Assembly (NCBI GenBank): GCA_965208775.1
Contig: OZ242360.1
Location: 3,037,404-3,101,403 of the forward strand
Direction: 5' to 3'
Length of the DNA stretch: 64,000 nucleotides
Source: Chloroflexota bacterium
Lineage (GTDB): Bacteria; Chloroflexota; UBA11872; VXNJ01
The stretch's first letter is position 1. Every line of letters starts with the position of its first letter. The notes under the pieces are model-generated. The model had not been told where the DNA came from. It did not search any database and saw only the letters and a program-made list of their open reading frames with translations. The translations under genes and the position numbers were made by a program. This document shows positions 36,934-47,375 of this stretch, one piece after another.

Positions 36934-39273
36934 ATGGCAGTCTCACGAATGGTCGGCGCCAGAGTCAGGCGCAAGGAAGACCCACGACTAATTACAGGGG
37001 CGGGTACGTACGTCGACGACGTGCGGCGCGTGGACATGGCGTATCTCGAACTGGTGCGGAGTCCTTACGCACATGCCCGCATCAACTCGATAGACGTATC
37101 AGCTGCGCGCGAAATGGACGGAGTGATCGATGTGTTCGTCTGGGATGACATCAAAGACGACATCGGTCCGATACCGATAGACGCCGCGCCTTCGCCGGAC
37201 ATGCTCAAACCGTACCGCCAGGCGCTGGCGTCGGGCAAGGCTCGTCTGCTGGGGGACGCGGTGGCCGCGGTGGTTGCCGAGGACCGCTACGTGGCACGAG
37301 ACGCGGCGGAGGCGGTGGAGGTCGATTATGACCCTCTGGACGCGGTGGTCGACATCGAGGCGGCCATCGAGGAGGGCGCGCCGCTCATTTGGGAAGACCT
37401 CGGCAGCAACATGGCGTTTCGGCTTGAACCGGGTAGCGAGGACATCGACGATGCCCTGGCCGAGGCCGACAACGTTTTCAGTTTTCGATACGTCAATCAG
37501 CGCCTGATTCCGAATCCCATGGAGACACGGGGCGTAGTGGTAGAGCCGGAAGGCGGCGGCGGACTGACGATGTGGACTTCCACACAGATTCCACACATGC
37601 TCAAGGACCGTCTCGCCGCAGCGTTGAGCATCCCCTCGAACCAGGTTCGCGTTATCGCGCCCGAAGTCGGGGGCGGATTCGGCTGCAAGCTGAACGTATA
37701 TCCGGAGGAATACTGCACAGCGCTGGCGGCGCTGCGGAGCAACCGGCCGGTCAAGTGGATCGAGGACCGATCGGAGAGCTTCCTGGCGACGACGCACGGG
37801 CGCGGCCAGGTCAACTACATCGACGTCGGCGTAAACAACGACGGCAAAGTACTGGCCATCAAGACGAAGATCATCGCCGACCTGGGCGCCTACTATCAGA
37901 TTCTCACCGCCGCGGTGCCAACGCTCTCGCAGCTGATGATGACCGGGCCCTACGACATTAAGGCCGCCTCTTCCGAACTGATTTGCGTCTTCACGAACAA
38001 GGCACCCACGGATGCGTATCGTGGGGCGGGACGTCCGGAAGCGACATACTTCCTCGAACGGGCGCTCGATCAGGCTGCTCAAAAGCTGGGCATGGACCCG
38101 GCGGAGATTCGCCGGAAGAACCTGATTCCGGCGGACCAATTCCCGTACGCGGCTCCGTCCGGAGTGGAATACGACAGCGGCGATCACGTGACGGCGCTCG
38201 ATAAGGCAATGGAGGCAATCGACTACGAAGGATTTCGACGGGAACAGGCAGCGGCTGCGGAGGAGGGGCGGTACCTGGGAATCGGGCTTTCTTCCTACAC
38301 CGAAATCTGTGGCTTCGGTCCTTCAAACACGCTTGGGATGGCTTGCTGGGAAAGCGGCACTGTCAAGATCGACCGGGCCGGCAAGGTCACGGTCCTCACG
38401 GGAGCTTCGCCTCACGGACAGGGGCAGGAAACGAGCTTCGCGCAGCTGGTCGCGGACGACCTGGGCGTACCGTTCGATGACGTGATAGTCCTGCACGGAG
38501 ATACGACCATCGTCCCGTATGGCGTCGGGACCTTTGGGAGCCGCGCCACGGTCGTGGGCGGAACCGCCCTACGCATGTCTACGGACAAAGTAATCGAGAA
38601 GGCCAAGCTAGTGGCGAGTCACCTACTGGAGGCCGCGCCCGAGGACATGGTCTTCCAGAACGGCGCGGTTCACGTCCGCGGCGCGCCGACGCAGCGAAAG
38701 ACGCTCGCGGAAATCGCCGAGGAGGCACACGAGTTTCAGAACATACCGCGCGGAGTCGGTGTCGAGCCTGGGTTGGAGGCCACAAGCATCTACGATCCAG
38801 ACGCTTACACGTTCCCGTTCGGCACCCACATCGTGACCGTTGAGGTTGACGTGGAAACCGGCAAGATTTCGCTCACCAGGTACGTTGCGGTGGACGATTG
38901 CGGCAAGGTGATAAATCCGATGCTCGTGGACGGACAGCGACACGGCGGCATAGTCCAAGGCATAGGGCAGGCGCTGTTCGAGGGCGCCGTCTACGACGAG
39001 GACGGTCAGCTGTTATCCGGGTCGTTAATGGACTACGCGATGCCTATAGCCAGCGAGCTGGTCTGGATGGAGACCGACAGGACCGAGACTCCAACTCCCG
39101 CGAATCCGCTGGGAATCAAGGGGATCGGAGAGGCCGGAACCATCGCCGCCGCGCCGGCTGTCGTAAACGCGGTCGTCGACGCGCTGGGGTCTTACGGCAT
39201 CGAGGACATAGACATGCCCTTGAGTCCGCAGAATGTCTGGCACGCTATTCAGAGTGCCGCGAACGGAGCATAG
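36934..39273 (+). CDS. coxL: Molybdopterin-binding large subunit, form II CoxL-like (putative CO dehydrogenase)
   Basis: The active-site loop is AYRGAGR (form II), not the form-I VAYRCSFR. ATG at 36934 is preceded by GGGAGG. Confidence 0.8.
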   Translation: MAVSRMVGARVRRKEDPRLITGAGTYVDDVRRVDMAYLELVRSPYAHARINSIDVSAAREMDGVIDVFVWDDIKDDIGPIPIDAAPSPDMLKPYRQALASGKARLLGDAVAAVVAEDRYVARDAAEAVEVDYDPLDAVVDIEAAIEEGAPLIWEDLGSNMAFRLEPGSEDIDDALAEADNVFSFRYVNQRLIPNPMETRGVVVEPEGGGGLTMWTSTQIPHMLKDRLAAALSIPSNQVRVIAPEVGGGFGCKLNVYPEEYCTALAALRSNRPVKWIEDRSESFLATTHGRGQVNYIDVGVNNDGKVLAIKTKIIADLGAYYQILTAAVPTLSQLMMTGPYDIKAASSELICVFTNKAPTDAYRGAGRPEATYFLERALDQAAQKLGMDPAEIRRKNLIPADQFPYAAPSGVEYDSGDHVTALDKAMEAIDYEGFRREQAAAAEEGRYLGIGLSSYTEICGFGPSNTLGMACWESGTVKIDRAGKVTVLTGASPHGQGQETSFAQLVADDLGVPFDDVIVLHGDTTIVPYGVGTFGSRATVVGGTALRMSTDKVIEKAKLVASHLLEAAPEDMVFQNGAVHVRGAPTQRKTLAEIAEEAHEFQNIPRGVGVEPGLEATSIYDPDAYTFPFGTHIVTVEVDVETGKISLTRYVAVDDCGKVINPMLVDGQRHGGIVQGIGQALFEGAVYDEDGQLLSGSLMDYAMPIASELVWMETDRTETPTPANPLGIKGIGEAGTIAAAPAVVNAVVDALGSYGIEDIDMPLSPQNVWHAIQSAANGA

Positions 39274-39278
39274 AACCG

Positions 39279-40141
39279 TGATACCACCTAAATTCAACTA
39301 CTACGCTCCTGACTCGCTTCAAGACGCGCTGGCACTCATATCGAAGCATCAGGACGATGGAAAGATCCTCTCCGGCGGGCACAGCCTGATACCGCTGCTG
39401 AAGCTGAGGCTGTCCGAACCTGAAGTGCTGATCGACATCGGTCGGATCGACGGCCTAGATCAGATCTCGGAGTCCAACGGAGTTATCGAGATCGGACCTC
39501 GCGTTACTCACAGCGAGCTCGTGCACTCGGACGTCATATCCAGCCGTTTGCCGCTGCTGGCGGCGGCGGCGTCGGTGATTGGCGATCCACAGGTGCGAAA
39601 CGTTGGGACAGTGGGAGGAAATCTCGCGCACGCCGATCCCGCGTCGGACCTGCCGGCGGCCATGGTCTGCCTGAATGCCACGATGGAGCTTCAGAGCGCC
39701 GGCGGCAGCCGCAGCGTGGCTATCGACGACTTTTTCGTCGATCTGCTTACGACGGCGGTTGAGCCGGACGAGATCCTGACCGGCATTAGAATCCCGGTAC
39801 CGGACGCCGGCGCCGGGTGGTCGTATGCCAAGCTGCCGAATCCGGCGTCGCATTACGCGATCGTGGGGATCGCGGCGCTGATCTCGGTCGACGGCGGGAC
39901 CTGCACCTCCGCGAGCGTGGGGGTGACCGGACTCGGGGCCGCGCCGGGCCGGGCCTCGGGAGTGGAGTCGGCGCTGGTTGGAAGCGAGCTGTCGGACGAA
40001 GTGATCGCTGAAGCCGCTCAGGACGCGGCTTCGGGATTCGACGTGCTGGAGGACATCCACGCCTCGACCGAATACCGGGAACACGCCGCGCGGGTATACG
40101 CTCGGCGTGCCATAGCGGAGGCTTGGTCGCGCGCCGGTTAA
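39279..40141 (+). CDS. coxM: FAD-binding medium subunit
   Basis: VIPPKFNYYAPDSLQDALALI...GGHSLIPLLKLR is the CoxM/XdhB FAD-binding domain. The likely start is GTG at 39279. Confidence 0.75.
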
Positions 40142-40228
40142 GGACGCCGAGGGCTGTGATGCGCGGTCACTTGCCTGGAGTGCTCCGCGTTGCAGCCTGC
40201 TATCTGACTGATAGGCGATAGCGCCGTT

Positions 40229-41128
40229 TTGACAACAGGACACGTGTTCGAGTCGATTGAGGACGTGCAGTCCCGGCTTGGACTGCAAAATTACGTAGCC
40301 GACCGGGCGCTCGCCACGACGGTATTTCTATCGAGCAGGCTTGAGAAGCCGCTGCTGCTGGAGGGTGAGGCGGGGGTCGGCAAGACCGAGGTCGCCCGCG
40401 CTCTGGCGGCCGCACTCGATACGCGGCTCATCCGCCTGCAATGCTACGAGGGCATCGACGTCAACCACGCGGTCTACGAGTGGAACTACGCCCGCCAGCT
40501 GTTGCACATTCGCGCGGCTGGCGAGGGATTCGATGAAAAGGACGGGCTTGGGCAGATTTACGGGCGTGAGTTCCTGATCAGGCGTCCTTTGCTCGAATCG
40601 ATAGATCACGAATTGCAGAGTCCGCCGGTGCTGTTGATCGACGAGATCGACAGGTCGGACGACGAGTTCGAGGCGTTTTTGCTGGAGCTGCTGGCGGACT
40701 TCCAGATTACGATCCCGGAAATCGGGACCATCGAGGCGCGCGTTCCGCCGACGGTGATCATTACTTCCAATCGCACACGCGAAATACACGACGCGCTCAA
40801 GCGCCGCTGTCTGTATCACTGGATCGACCTGCCATCCGTCGAGAAGGAGCTGGCGATCCTGCGCGCGCGGGCGCCGGGGCTGCCCGACCGGCTGGCGCGG
40901 CAGGTGGCGGAGTTCATGCAGAGGCTGCGTGACGAAGACCTTTACAAGGTTCCGGGAATAGCGGAGACGCTGGACTGGGCGCGGGCGCTGCTGGAGCTGA
41001 GCTGTCCGGAACTCGACCCGGAGACGGTCGAGCAAACGCTGACTTGCTTATTGAAACACCAGGAGGACCAGCTTCACGTTCGCGCCGCCGGGATCGAGGC
41101 GATGGTTGGCCGCGCCACCGGAGTCTGA
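40229..41128 (+). CDS. coxD: MoxR-like AAA+ ATPase
   Basis: Walker A GEAGVGKTE. Walker B LLIDEIDR. MoxR architecture. Confidence 0.75.
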   Translation: MTTGHVFESIEDVQSRLGLQNYVADRALATTVFLSSRLEKPLLLEGEAGVGKTEVARALAAALDTRLIRLQCYEGIDVNHAVYEWNYARQLLHIRAAGEGFDEKDGLGQIYGREFLIRRPLLESIDHELQSPPVLLIDEIDRSDDEFEAFLLELLADFQITIPEIGTIEARVPPTVIITSNRTREIHDALKRRCLYHWIDLPSVEKELAILRARAPGLPDRLARQVAEFMQRLRDEDLYKVPGIAETLDWARALLELSCPELDPETVEQTLTCLLKHQEDQLHVRAAGIEAMVGRATGV

Positions 41129-42353
41129 TCTGCGGCCCTCGGGGCTGGACGGAGGCTCGCTGCTGAGGGCGTTCGTGGAGTTCGGGCACTTCCTGCGAGG
41201 CAGGGGGTATTCCACCGTACAGACGCAGCCGGGCGATCTGGTGCGCGCGGCGGCGGTGGTGGGTCTGTCTGCTCCGACCGACTTCAGGAATGCGGCCAGG
41301 GCGATCTTCGCCGGCAGTCCTTCGCAGTTTGTCGGTTTCGACGAAGCGTTTGAAGAGTTCTGGCTTGGCAGGCGCATCGTGGAACCTGGGATGCCGCTCG
41401 GCGGCATCACCTCCCATCCGGCCAGGGAGTACGTCGACGATGAAATGATGCTGCTCGACACTGGTGCGCGTGGAGGCTCCGTGAAGGAAGTCGTAGACAG
41501 CGATCCGTCTGATGACGAGACAGTGCGAGTGGCGGCCTACAGCCCGGTCGAGAGTCTGAGGCACATGGACTTCGGGTACGCGACCTCGGAGGAGTTGATT
41601 CAGATCAGGCGGCTCATCGCGGCACTGCGCTGGGATATCGCCAAGAAGAGGGCGCGCCGGCTCCGACCGGCGAGCAGGCCGGGCCTGCTGGATATGCGGC
41701 GGATAGTGCGGTCGACGCTCAGGCAAGGGGGCGAGCCGGCGCGGCTGTTCTGGCGACGTCCGAAGATCAAGCCGCGTCCGATGGTGCTGCTGTGCGATAT
41801 CAGCGGGTCGATGGAGCTGTATTCGCGCATACTCATAACGTTCGCGCACGCGCTTCAACGCGGGCTTCGCGACGTGGAGAGCTTTGTGTTCGGAACGCGG
41901 CTGACGCGAGTGACCTGGGTCCTGCGGGATAACCAGGTTGACGAGGCGCTGCGCCGGGTGTCGAAATCGGTCGTGGACTGGTCAAGCGGGACTCGGATCG
42001 GCCAGAGCCTTCACCAGTTCAACCGGACCTGGGCGCGCCGCAAGCTGAGCCGGGGCGCGGTAGTGCTGATAGCCAGCGACGGCTGGGACAGGGGCGACGT
42101 GACTCTGCTCGCGGATGAGATGCGCTACTTGCAGCGGTCGGCGTTTCGGCTCATCTGGTTGAATCCGCTATTGGGTCAGCCGGAGTACCAACCGCTCACG
42201 CTCGGAATGCAGGCCGCGCTGCCCTACGTGGACGACTTCCTGCCCGTGCACAATCTTGCGAGCCTGGAGCAGCTTGGGGGTCTGCTGGCGGGACTTTCGG
42301 GCGGCAGGCCGTCCAGGGTGAGCGGGGCGGCTATCCCGTTTCCGGCGGCTTAG
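41106..42353 (+). CDS. coxE: VWA-domain protein (CoxE-like)
   Basis: MIDAS motif LLCDISGSM. It is the expected partner of the MoxR ATPase. The start may lie downstream of 41106. Confidence 0.65.
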   Translation: MAAPPESDLRPSGLDGGSLLRAFVEFGHFLRGRGYSTVQTQPGDLVRAAAVVGLSAPTDFRNAARAIFAGSPSQFVGFDEAFEEFWLGRRIVEPGMPLGGITSHPAREYVDDEMMLLDTGARGGSVKEVVDSDPSDDETVRVAAYSPVESLRHMDFGYATSEELIQIRRLIAALRWDIAKKRARRLRPASRPGLLDMRRIVRSTLRQGGEPARLFWRRPKIKPRPMVLLCDISGSMELYSRILITFAHALQRGLRDVESFVFGTRLTRVTWVLRDNQVDEALRRVSKSVVDWSSGTRIGQSLHQFNRTWARRKLSRGAVVLIASDGWDRGDVTLLADEMRYLQRSAFRLIWLNPLLGQPEYQPLTLGMQAALPYVDDFLPVHNLASLEQLGGLLAGLSGGRPSRVSGAAIPFPAA

Positions 42354-43177
42354 TCCCCGACCGTAGTCTCGGAGAAAGTGACCGTTCCCCAGTTTCCGGG
42401 GATATGCATGTTGAACGCGCCGGGGGGCGACCACACGGACATGCCGCAGTCTTCGAGGTGGTGGCCGCCGACCTTAGTCCTGTCCCAGTGGACGCGTCCG
42501 AAGTTCATGCTCCAGACGTCGCCGTCTTGGGGCGGGCAATTGCCTTCGGTGAGGCCGGCGATGCTCCCCCAGGGGAACGCTACTTCCACGGTCCAGCCGC
42601 GGTCGGTGTCGTGCGGCCAGTTCAGGGAGCCGTCTATCCGCACCGCGTGCAGGATGCCTTTGAAGTCGAATCCGATGTCAACCGTTCCGCCCTCGGAGAA
42701 CGGCTTGTCGATGAACACGTCAAAGATGGTGTTTAGCGCGTTGATCTCCAACTCGACATAATTCCGGCCGTCGCGGTCGGGGTCGATGAAGACCTCGAAG
42801 TCGGTGTCGCGGAAGATAAGGGAGTCGCGGGCGGTGAGCGTTCCCCAAACGTCGTGCTCGTCTAGGTCGGCAGAGACATAGAGGAAGTCGCGGTCCCAGA
42901 GCATCTTCACGCGCGTGTCGAACTCGGGCGGGTTGGCGTCAGGCCCCATGATGTCGACGAACGGTTCCATGCGCGGCGCGGAACGCCACGGGTCTTTGTC
43001 GAGCACGCCGTCTATCGTGATGGGCGAGCCGGTCATGTAGCAGGTGTAATGCCGGTGCGGCGGACTGTAACCCTGCGGCGGCTGCTCGATGGGCAGCTCG
43101 CCGAGGCCTGGAAATACTGGTCTCTCAGCCACTAGGCGCTCCCGATGATTGATGCGAATGCGGGCAGATGTTAGCAA
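42350..43177 (-). CDS. Carbohydrate-binding family 9-like (DOMON-like) protein, putative
   Basis: PITIDGVLDKDPW...DFLYVSADLDEHDVW...YVELEINALNTIFD fits the CBM9-like pattern. The start is uncertain. Confidence 0.4.
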   Translation of the reverse strand: MLTSARIRINHRERLVAERPVFPGLGELPIEQPPQGYSPPHRHYTCYMTGSPITIDGVLDKDPWRSAPRMEPFVDIMGPDANPPEFDTRVKMLWDRDFLYVSADLDEHDVWGTLTARDSLIFRDTDFEVFIDPDRDGRNYVELEINALNTIFDVFIDKPFSEGGTVDIGFDFKGILHAVRIDGSLNWPHDTDRGWTVEVAFPWGSIAGLTEGNCPPQDGDVWSMNFGRVHWDRTKVGGHHLEDCGMSVWSPPGAFNMHIPGNWGTVTFSETTVGD

Positions 43178-43250
43178 CTGGGCCGGATTGCCAGAAACGG
43201 GAGTGTTGAGCGGGGGGCTGGTTTCGGTTGGCTGTTCGTCGTTCGACTCC

Positions 43251-43322
43251 CTTCGACAGGCTCAGGGTGCGCGGAGAACTTCACCCTCACCCCAACCCTC
43301 TCCCGTCAAGGGAGAGGGGGTT
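43251..43322. repeat. REP-like palindromic element, copy 1 (core TTCACCCTCACCCCAACCCTCTCCCGTCAAGGGAGAGGGGG)
   Basis: The stem is CCCTCTCCC / GGGAGAGGG with a GTCAA loop. It shares a leader CTTCGACAGGCTCAGGGTGC with copy 3. Confidence 0.7.
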
Positions 43323-43883
43323 ATGGGGTACAGACTGGGGAGATAGTTACATCCAGACCGGGCACATGGGTAACACATTGGAGGATTGCGAGAAGTGATT
43401 GCGAGCAGGCGGTTTTGCGGGCTTGGTTCGCGGCAAATGCGGCTGATTCTCGGAATTTGGGCGGGCGGCGGAAGAGTGACTTTCACAAAAGTCTTTGAAA
43501 ATCACCCTGTGAACTTTGAAAAACGGGGTATTTGACGATGGGGTAAACGGGGTGTATCGGGTTGTGACTTCAGTTTGATTTCATGCTCCTGGTCACGTGC
43601 CGGAAAAGTCTGATTATCTCGTCTGGCATGGCCGGCCTATAGGACGGTTTGCGCATAGCCTACGTGCTTGCCCGAATTGTCGGGACTGGATTTCGGCTTA
43701 GTATCGATTCATGGAGGGCGGTTCGCGAACCGCCCCTACGAAGTCTGAATGATGGTCTGGATTCCCTCGTTCGCGGGAGTAACGATTACGGGTCACGTGG
43801 CGGCGGCTGGGAGGACGCGGTCTGGGTGATCAGCGGGCCTAGAATGTGGATGGCTATTCACTCGATCACAAAAGGACTTTGCA

Positions 43884-44294
43884 ATGACCGTTCGAGTATT
43901 CGGAAGTAATCACATAGGGATTGAAGTGGATGACGTAGAGGCGGCGGTGGCGTTTTACAGCGACGTGTTCAACCTGGAGATGCTGCGAGGCGGCGAGGGC
44001 GCTGCGTGGTGCAAGCTGGGCGAGCACCAGTTCATGGCGATCTTTGATGTCGAAACGCTACAGCCGGACCGCTGGAAGCACTTCGGGATCATCGTGCGGG
44101 ACGAGGAACAGATCGCGGAGGTGCGCGAGAAGATCACTACCAAGTACGGCCTGGAAGTCGAGCCTCACTTCAGGTGCGATTTCCGCGATCCGTGGGGAAA
44201 CCGGATCCAGGTGGTGGACATGCACGACGAGTCGACCGCGTGGCTTCAGCCTTACGAGGAAGTGCAGGTGGTGGGGGCGGAGCTGCCGGAGTAG
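43884..44294 (+). CDS. VOC-family (glyoxalase/bleomycin-resistance/dioxygenase) protein
   Basis: 136 aa; SNHIGIEVDDVEAAVAFYSDVFNLE is a typical VOC N-terminal module. Confidence 0.6.
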   Translation: MTVRVFGSNHIGIEVDDVEAAVAFYSDVFNLEMLRGGEGAAWCKLGEHQFMAIFDVETLQPDRWKHFGIIVRDEEQIAEVREKITTKYGLEVEPHFRCDFRDPWGNRIQVVDMHDESTAWLQPYEEVQVVGAELPE

Positions 44295-44466
44295 TCTGCC
44301 GCTTCAGGCATTCTCTTTCCGATTCAGTGGTTTTCGCAGCCGTAGTCGGGGCGCTGGGTCTGGACAGCGAATGGGTCGCCAGCGTGCGGCGGGAGCTGGC
44401 GCGGGAGCCGTCGGTTATGGATAGGAGGAGGGGGAGTAGGCAGTAACGTTGCCGCATTTTCGATGA

Positions 44467-44814
44467 ATGAGCTATGGCGTGCCTAAAGACACAGTGACGC
44501 CAAAAGCAACGATCGATGCATGCATCCCGCAGGAGTTATGGAAAACTCAGGACAGAGCTAGCGTCGTAACGTCACTGCTTGATCTCGCACGCGATGCGTC
44601 TCTGGAATTAGCGGTAACTACACGTGTTGACCAAGACATTCCGAACATGCCGTTGTCTGCTCGCATCCGAGAACTTCCAGAGGTCGGCGTTCAGACAATC
44701 GGCGCACCATTTCGTTTGGATCTTTCCAAAACGGATGGCGACGACGTGTTGGCAAGTACCGGCTTTGGAGAAGTGAGGGACTCAATTGAAGCTGAGCTGG
44801 AAGCCGGGGCCTGA
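44467..44814 (+). CDS. Hypothetical protein in a lower-GC islet
   Basis: 115-aa ORF in a region with visibly lower GC than the surroundings. No recognisable motif. Confidence 0.3.
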   Translation: MSYGVPKDTVTPKATIDACIPQELWKTQDRASVVTSLLDLARDASLELAVTTRVDQDIPNMPLSARIRELPEVGVQTIGAPFRLDLSKTDGDDVLASTGFGEVRDSIEAELEAGA

Positions 44815-45128
44815 GCGAGCAAAACCGTCCAGATTGGAGGGACTGGGATCATCTGGAAGGACACTATCTCTCCAAGAGGGATGTATTTCTGACTTGGGAT
44901 AGGGGAATCCTTCGCATCGCTGCTCAACTCAAAGCAAGGCTCGGCATCATAGTGATGGAGCCGGAGGCATTCTTGAGTACGCTCGCCGAAGGTGAAGGCA
45001 ATCGAACGGGACTGGATTCCGGCCTGCGCCGGAATGACGGCGAGTTAGATTCCTCGACTTCGCTCGGAGTGACAGATGTGGGGCTTGGAATGACGGGTGG
45101 GGGCGAAGGGGATGGGGACGTTTGAGGG

Positions 45129-45170
45129 TTCACCCTCACCCCAACCCTCTCCCATCAAGGGAGAGGGGGT
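45129..45170. repeat. REP-like palindromic element, copy 2
   Basis: TTCACCCTCACCCCAACCCTCTCCCATCAAGGGAGAGGGGGT, one mismatch relative to copy 1. Confidence 0.7.
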
Positions 45171-45213
45171 ACCGGCCTGCCGCACGCGGCGGCTCCACGG
45201 TGAACGGGCGTGG

Positions 45214-45903
45214 CTATTTCTTGGAGGGTTCGAAGTAGGGGTTTTGGCCGGCGGAGTGGTCGGTTACGTCGACGACGTGTTGAATCTCGGGGACGGCGCT
45301 CTTCATGGCGACTTCGATTCCCTGCGAGAGGGTGACGGTGGCGAGTCCGCAGCCCTGGCATCCGCCGGAAAGCCGCAGATACGCGGTATCGCCTTCGACG
45401 GCGACGAGGTCGGCTCTGCCGCCGTGGACGGCGATGGACGGGTTTATCTGCTGATTAAGCGTCTGGACGACCCGCTGCGCCACGCTGCCTGAGAGGCGAC
45501 CGACGTCGGGCGCCGCTGGGGCGGCGGGTATGGCGGGACTGCTGGGCATGAGGTCGAGCGCCTCGTAATCGTCGTCCTCCTCGTCGGTGAGGCCGAGGCC
45601 CTTTTCGACGAGGACGCTGGTGACGAAGACGGTGGGGCCGCCGGCCAATCGTTCGACGCTGAGCGCCGGAAGGACGATGGCGATCCCGTCGTGATGCCGA
45701 ACGAAGTCGTCGGGTTGGGCATCTTCGACGGGGCGGAAATACATGCTGAACTCGCGCTTGCCGTTTTGCGTGTCGGCAAGCTCCATCCAGAGGCCGTGGC
45801 TTTCCGATCCGATCTCCTGATCACGGGCGTGCATGGCGATCTCAAGCGCGGTCTGGGTGACCTTCATTTTGGGACCGCTGCTATTTCCAGAGTTCTCAGT
45901 CAT
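45214..45903 (-). CDS. nfuA: NfuA-like Fe-S cluster carrier (degenerate A-type carrier domain + Nfu domain)
   Basis: The C-terminal Nfu domain is INPSIAVHGGRADLVAVEGDTAYLRLSGGCQGCG with the CxxC. The N-terminal domain resembles an A-type carrier lacking its Cys ligands. A long acidic/Pro-Ala linker joins them. Confidence 0.55.
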   Translation of the reverse strand: MTENSGNSSGPKMKVTQTALEIAMHARDQEIGSESHGLWMELADTQNGKREFSMYFRPVEDAQPDDFVRHHDGIAIVLPALSVERLAGGPTVFVTSVLVEKGLGLTDEEDDDYEALDLMPSSPAIPAAPAAPDVGRLSGSVAQRVVQTLNQQINPSIAVHGGRADLVAVEGDTAYLRLSGGCQGCGLATVTLSQGIEVAMKSAVPEIQHVVDVTDHSAGQNPYFEPSKK

Positions 45904-45971
45904 GGCTCCTCCAGCGGCTGCGGCGCCAACGCGTACCGGCGCCCGGCCCGGCTACCCTATGATAGCGATTA

Positions 45972-47186
45972 ATGGCCCGCGTGCTTTTGCTTCTACCAAC
46001 TTCCACCTATCGAGCGACCGATTTCATCGACGCGGCCCGGACGCTGGGCGCGGAGGTCGTGGTCGGCTCAAACGAGGAGCAGGCGCTCGCCGACGCGATG
46101 GGAGCGCGCGCGCTGGAGATCGACTTCGACGATCCAAAGGCGGCGGCGGAGGCGATAGTCGATAACTCTCGAGAGATGCCGGTTGACGCGGTGGTGGCGG
46201 TTGACGACCAGGGCGTGCTGACGGCGGCGCTGGCGGCGGAACGGCTTGGGTTGAAACACAACTCGCCGGACTCGGTGGCTTTGACGCGCGACAAGGCGGG
46301 CATGCGGGAGGCGCTGTCGAACAGCGCCGTGAATCAGCCGGAGTTCGAGCTTGCCAGGGGTGCGGCGGAGGCGGTGGCGGCGGTCGAGCGGATCGGGTTT
46401 CCGTGCGTGCTGAAGCCGGTGTCGCTGTCGGCGAGCCGCGGGGTGATTCGCGTGGATGATGAAGGGGCCGCGCAAGACGCGGCCAAGCGGATCGTGGCGA
46501 TCCTCGACGAATCGGAAGCGGACGACGAGCAGCGCATACTCGTCGAGCGTTACATTCCCGGAATAGAGGTGGCGGTCGAAGGTCTGCTGCGGGGCGGGCG
46601 GCTGGAAGTGCTGGCGATCTTCGACAAGCCGGACCCGCTGGAAGGGCCGTATTTCGAGGAGACGATATATACGACGCCGTCGCGGCATTCGCGACGGGAG
46701 CAGGACGCGATTGTCGAGGCGATGGAACAGGCTGTCGACGAGCTTGGACTGACCGAAGGGCCGATTCACGCCGAGGCGCGGTTCAACGGCTCCGGGGTCT
46801 GGTTACTGGAACTTGCGGCGCGGTCGATTGGCGGGCTGTGCGCCAGAACTCTGCGGTTCGGCCTGGGAGTGAGCCTGGAGGAGCTGATATTGCGCCATGC
46901 GCTCGGTCTGCCGGTTGCGGACCTGAAGTTGTCGGCGGCGGCGGGGGTGATGATGCTGCCGATCCCGCGGGCCGGTTGTCTGCAAGAGGTGAATGGCCAA
47001 GAGGATGCGGAGACGGTGCCGGGAATTACCGGGCTGGAGATTACGATTCCCGTCGGGCGGGAGGTGCGTCCGCTGCCCGAGGCGGACCGGTACCTGGGGT
47101 TCATGTTCGCAAAGGCGGAGACGCCGGACGAGGTGGAGGAAGCGTTGAGGACGGCGTATGGGAAGCTCGGGGTCTCGATTGGTTGA
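45972..47186 (+). CDS. ATP-grasp domain protein (L-amino-acid-ligase-like architecture)
   Basis: 404 aa with a pre-ATP-grasp N-domain, a central ATP-grasp region (GFPCVLKPVSLSASRGVIRV; ERYIPGIEVAVEG) and a C-terminal domain. Substrate unknown. Confidence 0.6.
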   Translation: MARVLLLLPTSTYRATDFIDAARTLGAEVVVGSNEEQALADAMGARALEIDFDDPKAAAEAIVDNSREMPVDAVVAVDDQGVLTAALAAERLGLKHNSPDSVALTRDKAGMREALSNSAVNQPEFELARGAAEAVAAVERIGFPCVLKPVSLSASRGVIRVDDEGAAQDAAKRIVAILDESEADDEQRILVERYIPGIEVAVEGLLRGGRLEVLAIFDKPDPLEGPYFEETIYTTPSRHSRREQDAIVEAMEQAVDELGLTEGPIHAEARFNGSGVWLLELAARSIGGLCARTLRFGLGVSLEELILRHALGLPVADLKLSAAAGVMMLPIPRAGCLQEVNGQEDAETVPGITGLEITIPVGREVRPLPEADRYLGFMFAKAETPDEVEEALRTAYGKLGVSIG

Positions 47187-47375
47187 GTGGTGTGGATTCC
47201 GGCCCCGTGGCGTAGTAAGGGGCAGGTTTTTTGGCTGGGTTGCATGGTTGGGCGTGGATGGGGGAGGGGATGGATTCCCGCCCCCGATCGGGTCGAGGGC
47301 AGGCTTTTCGCGGGAATGACGAGTGAGGGAGCGGGAATGACGGATGGGCTGTAGGTGGTTTACTTCCGTGCGCCC

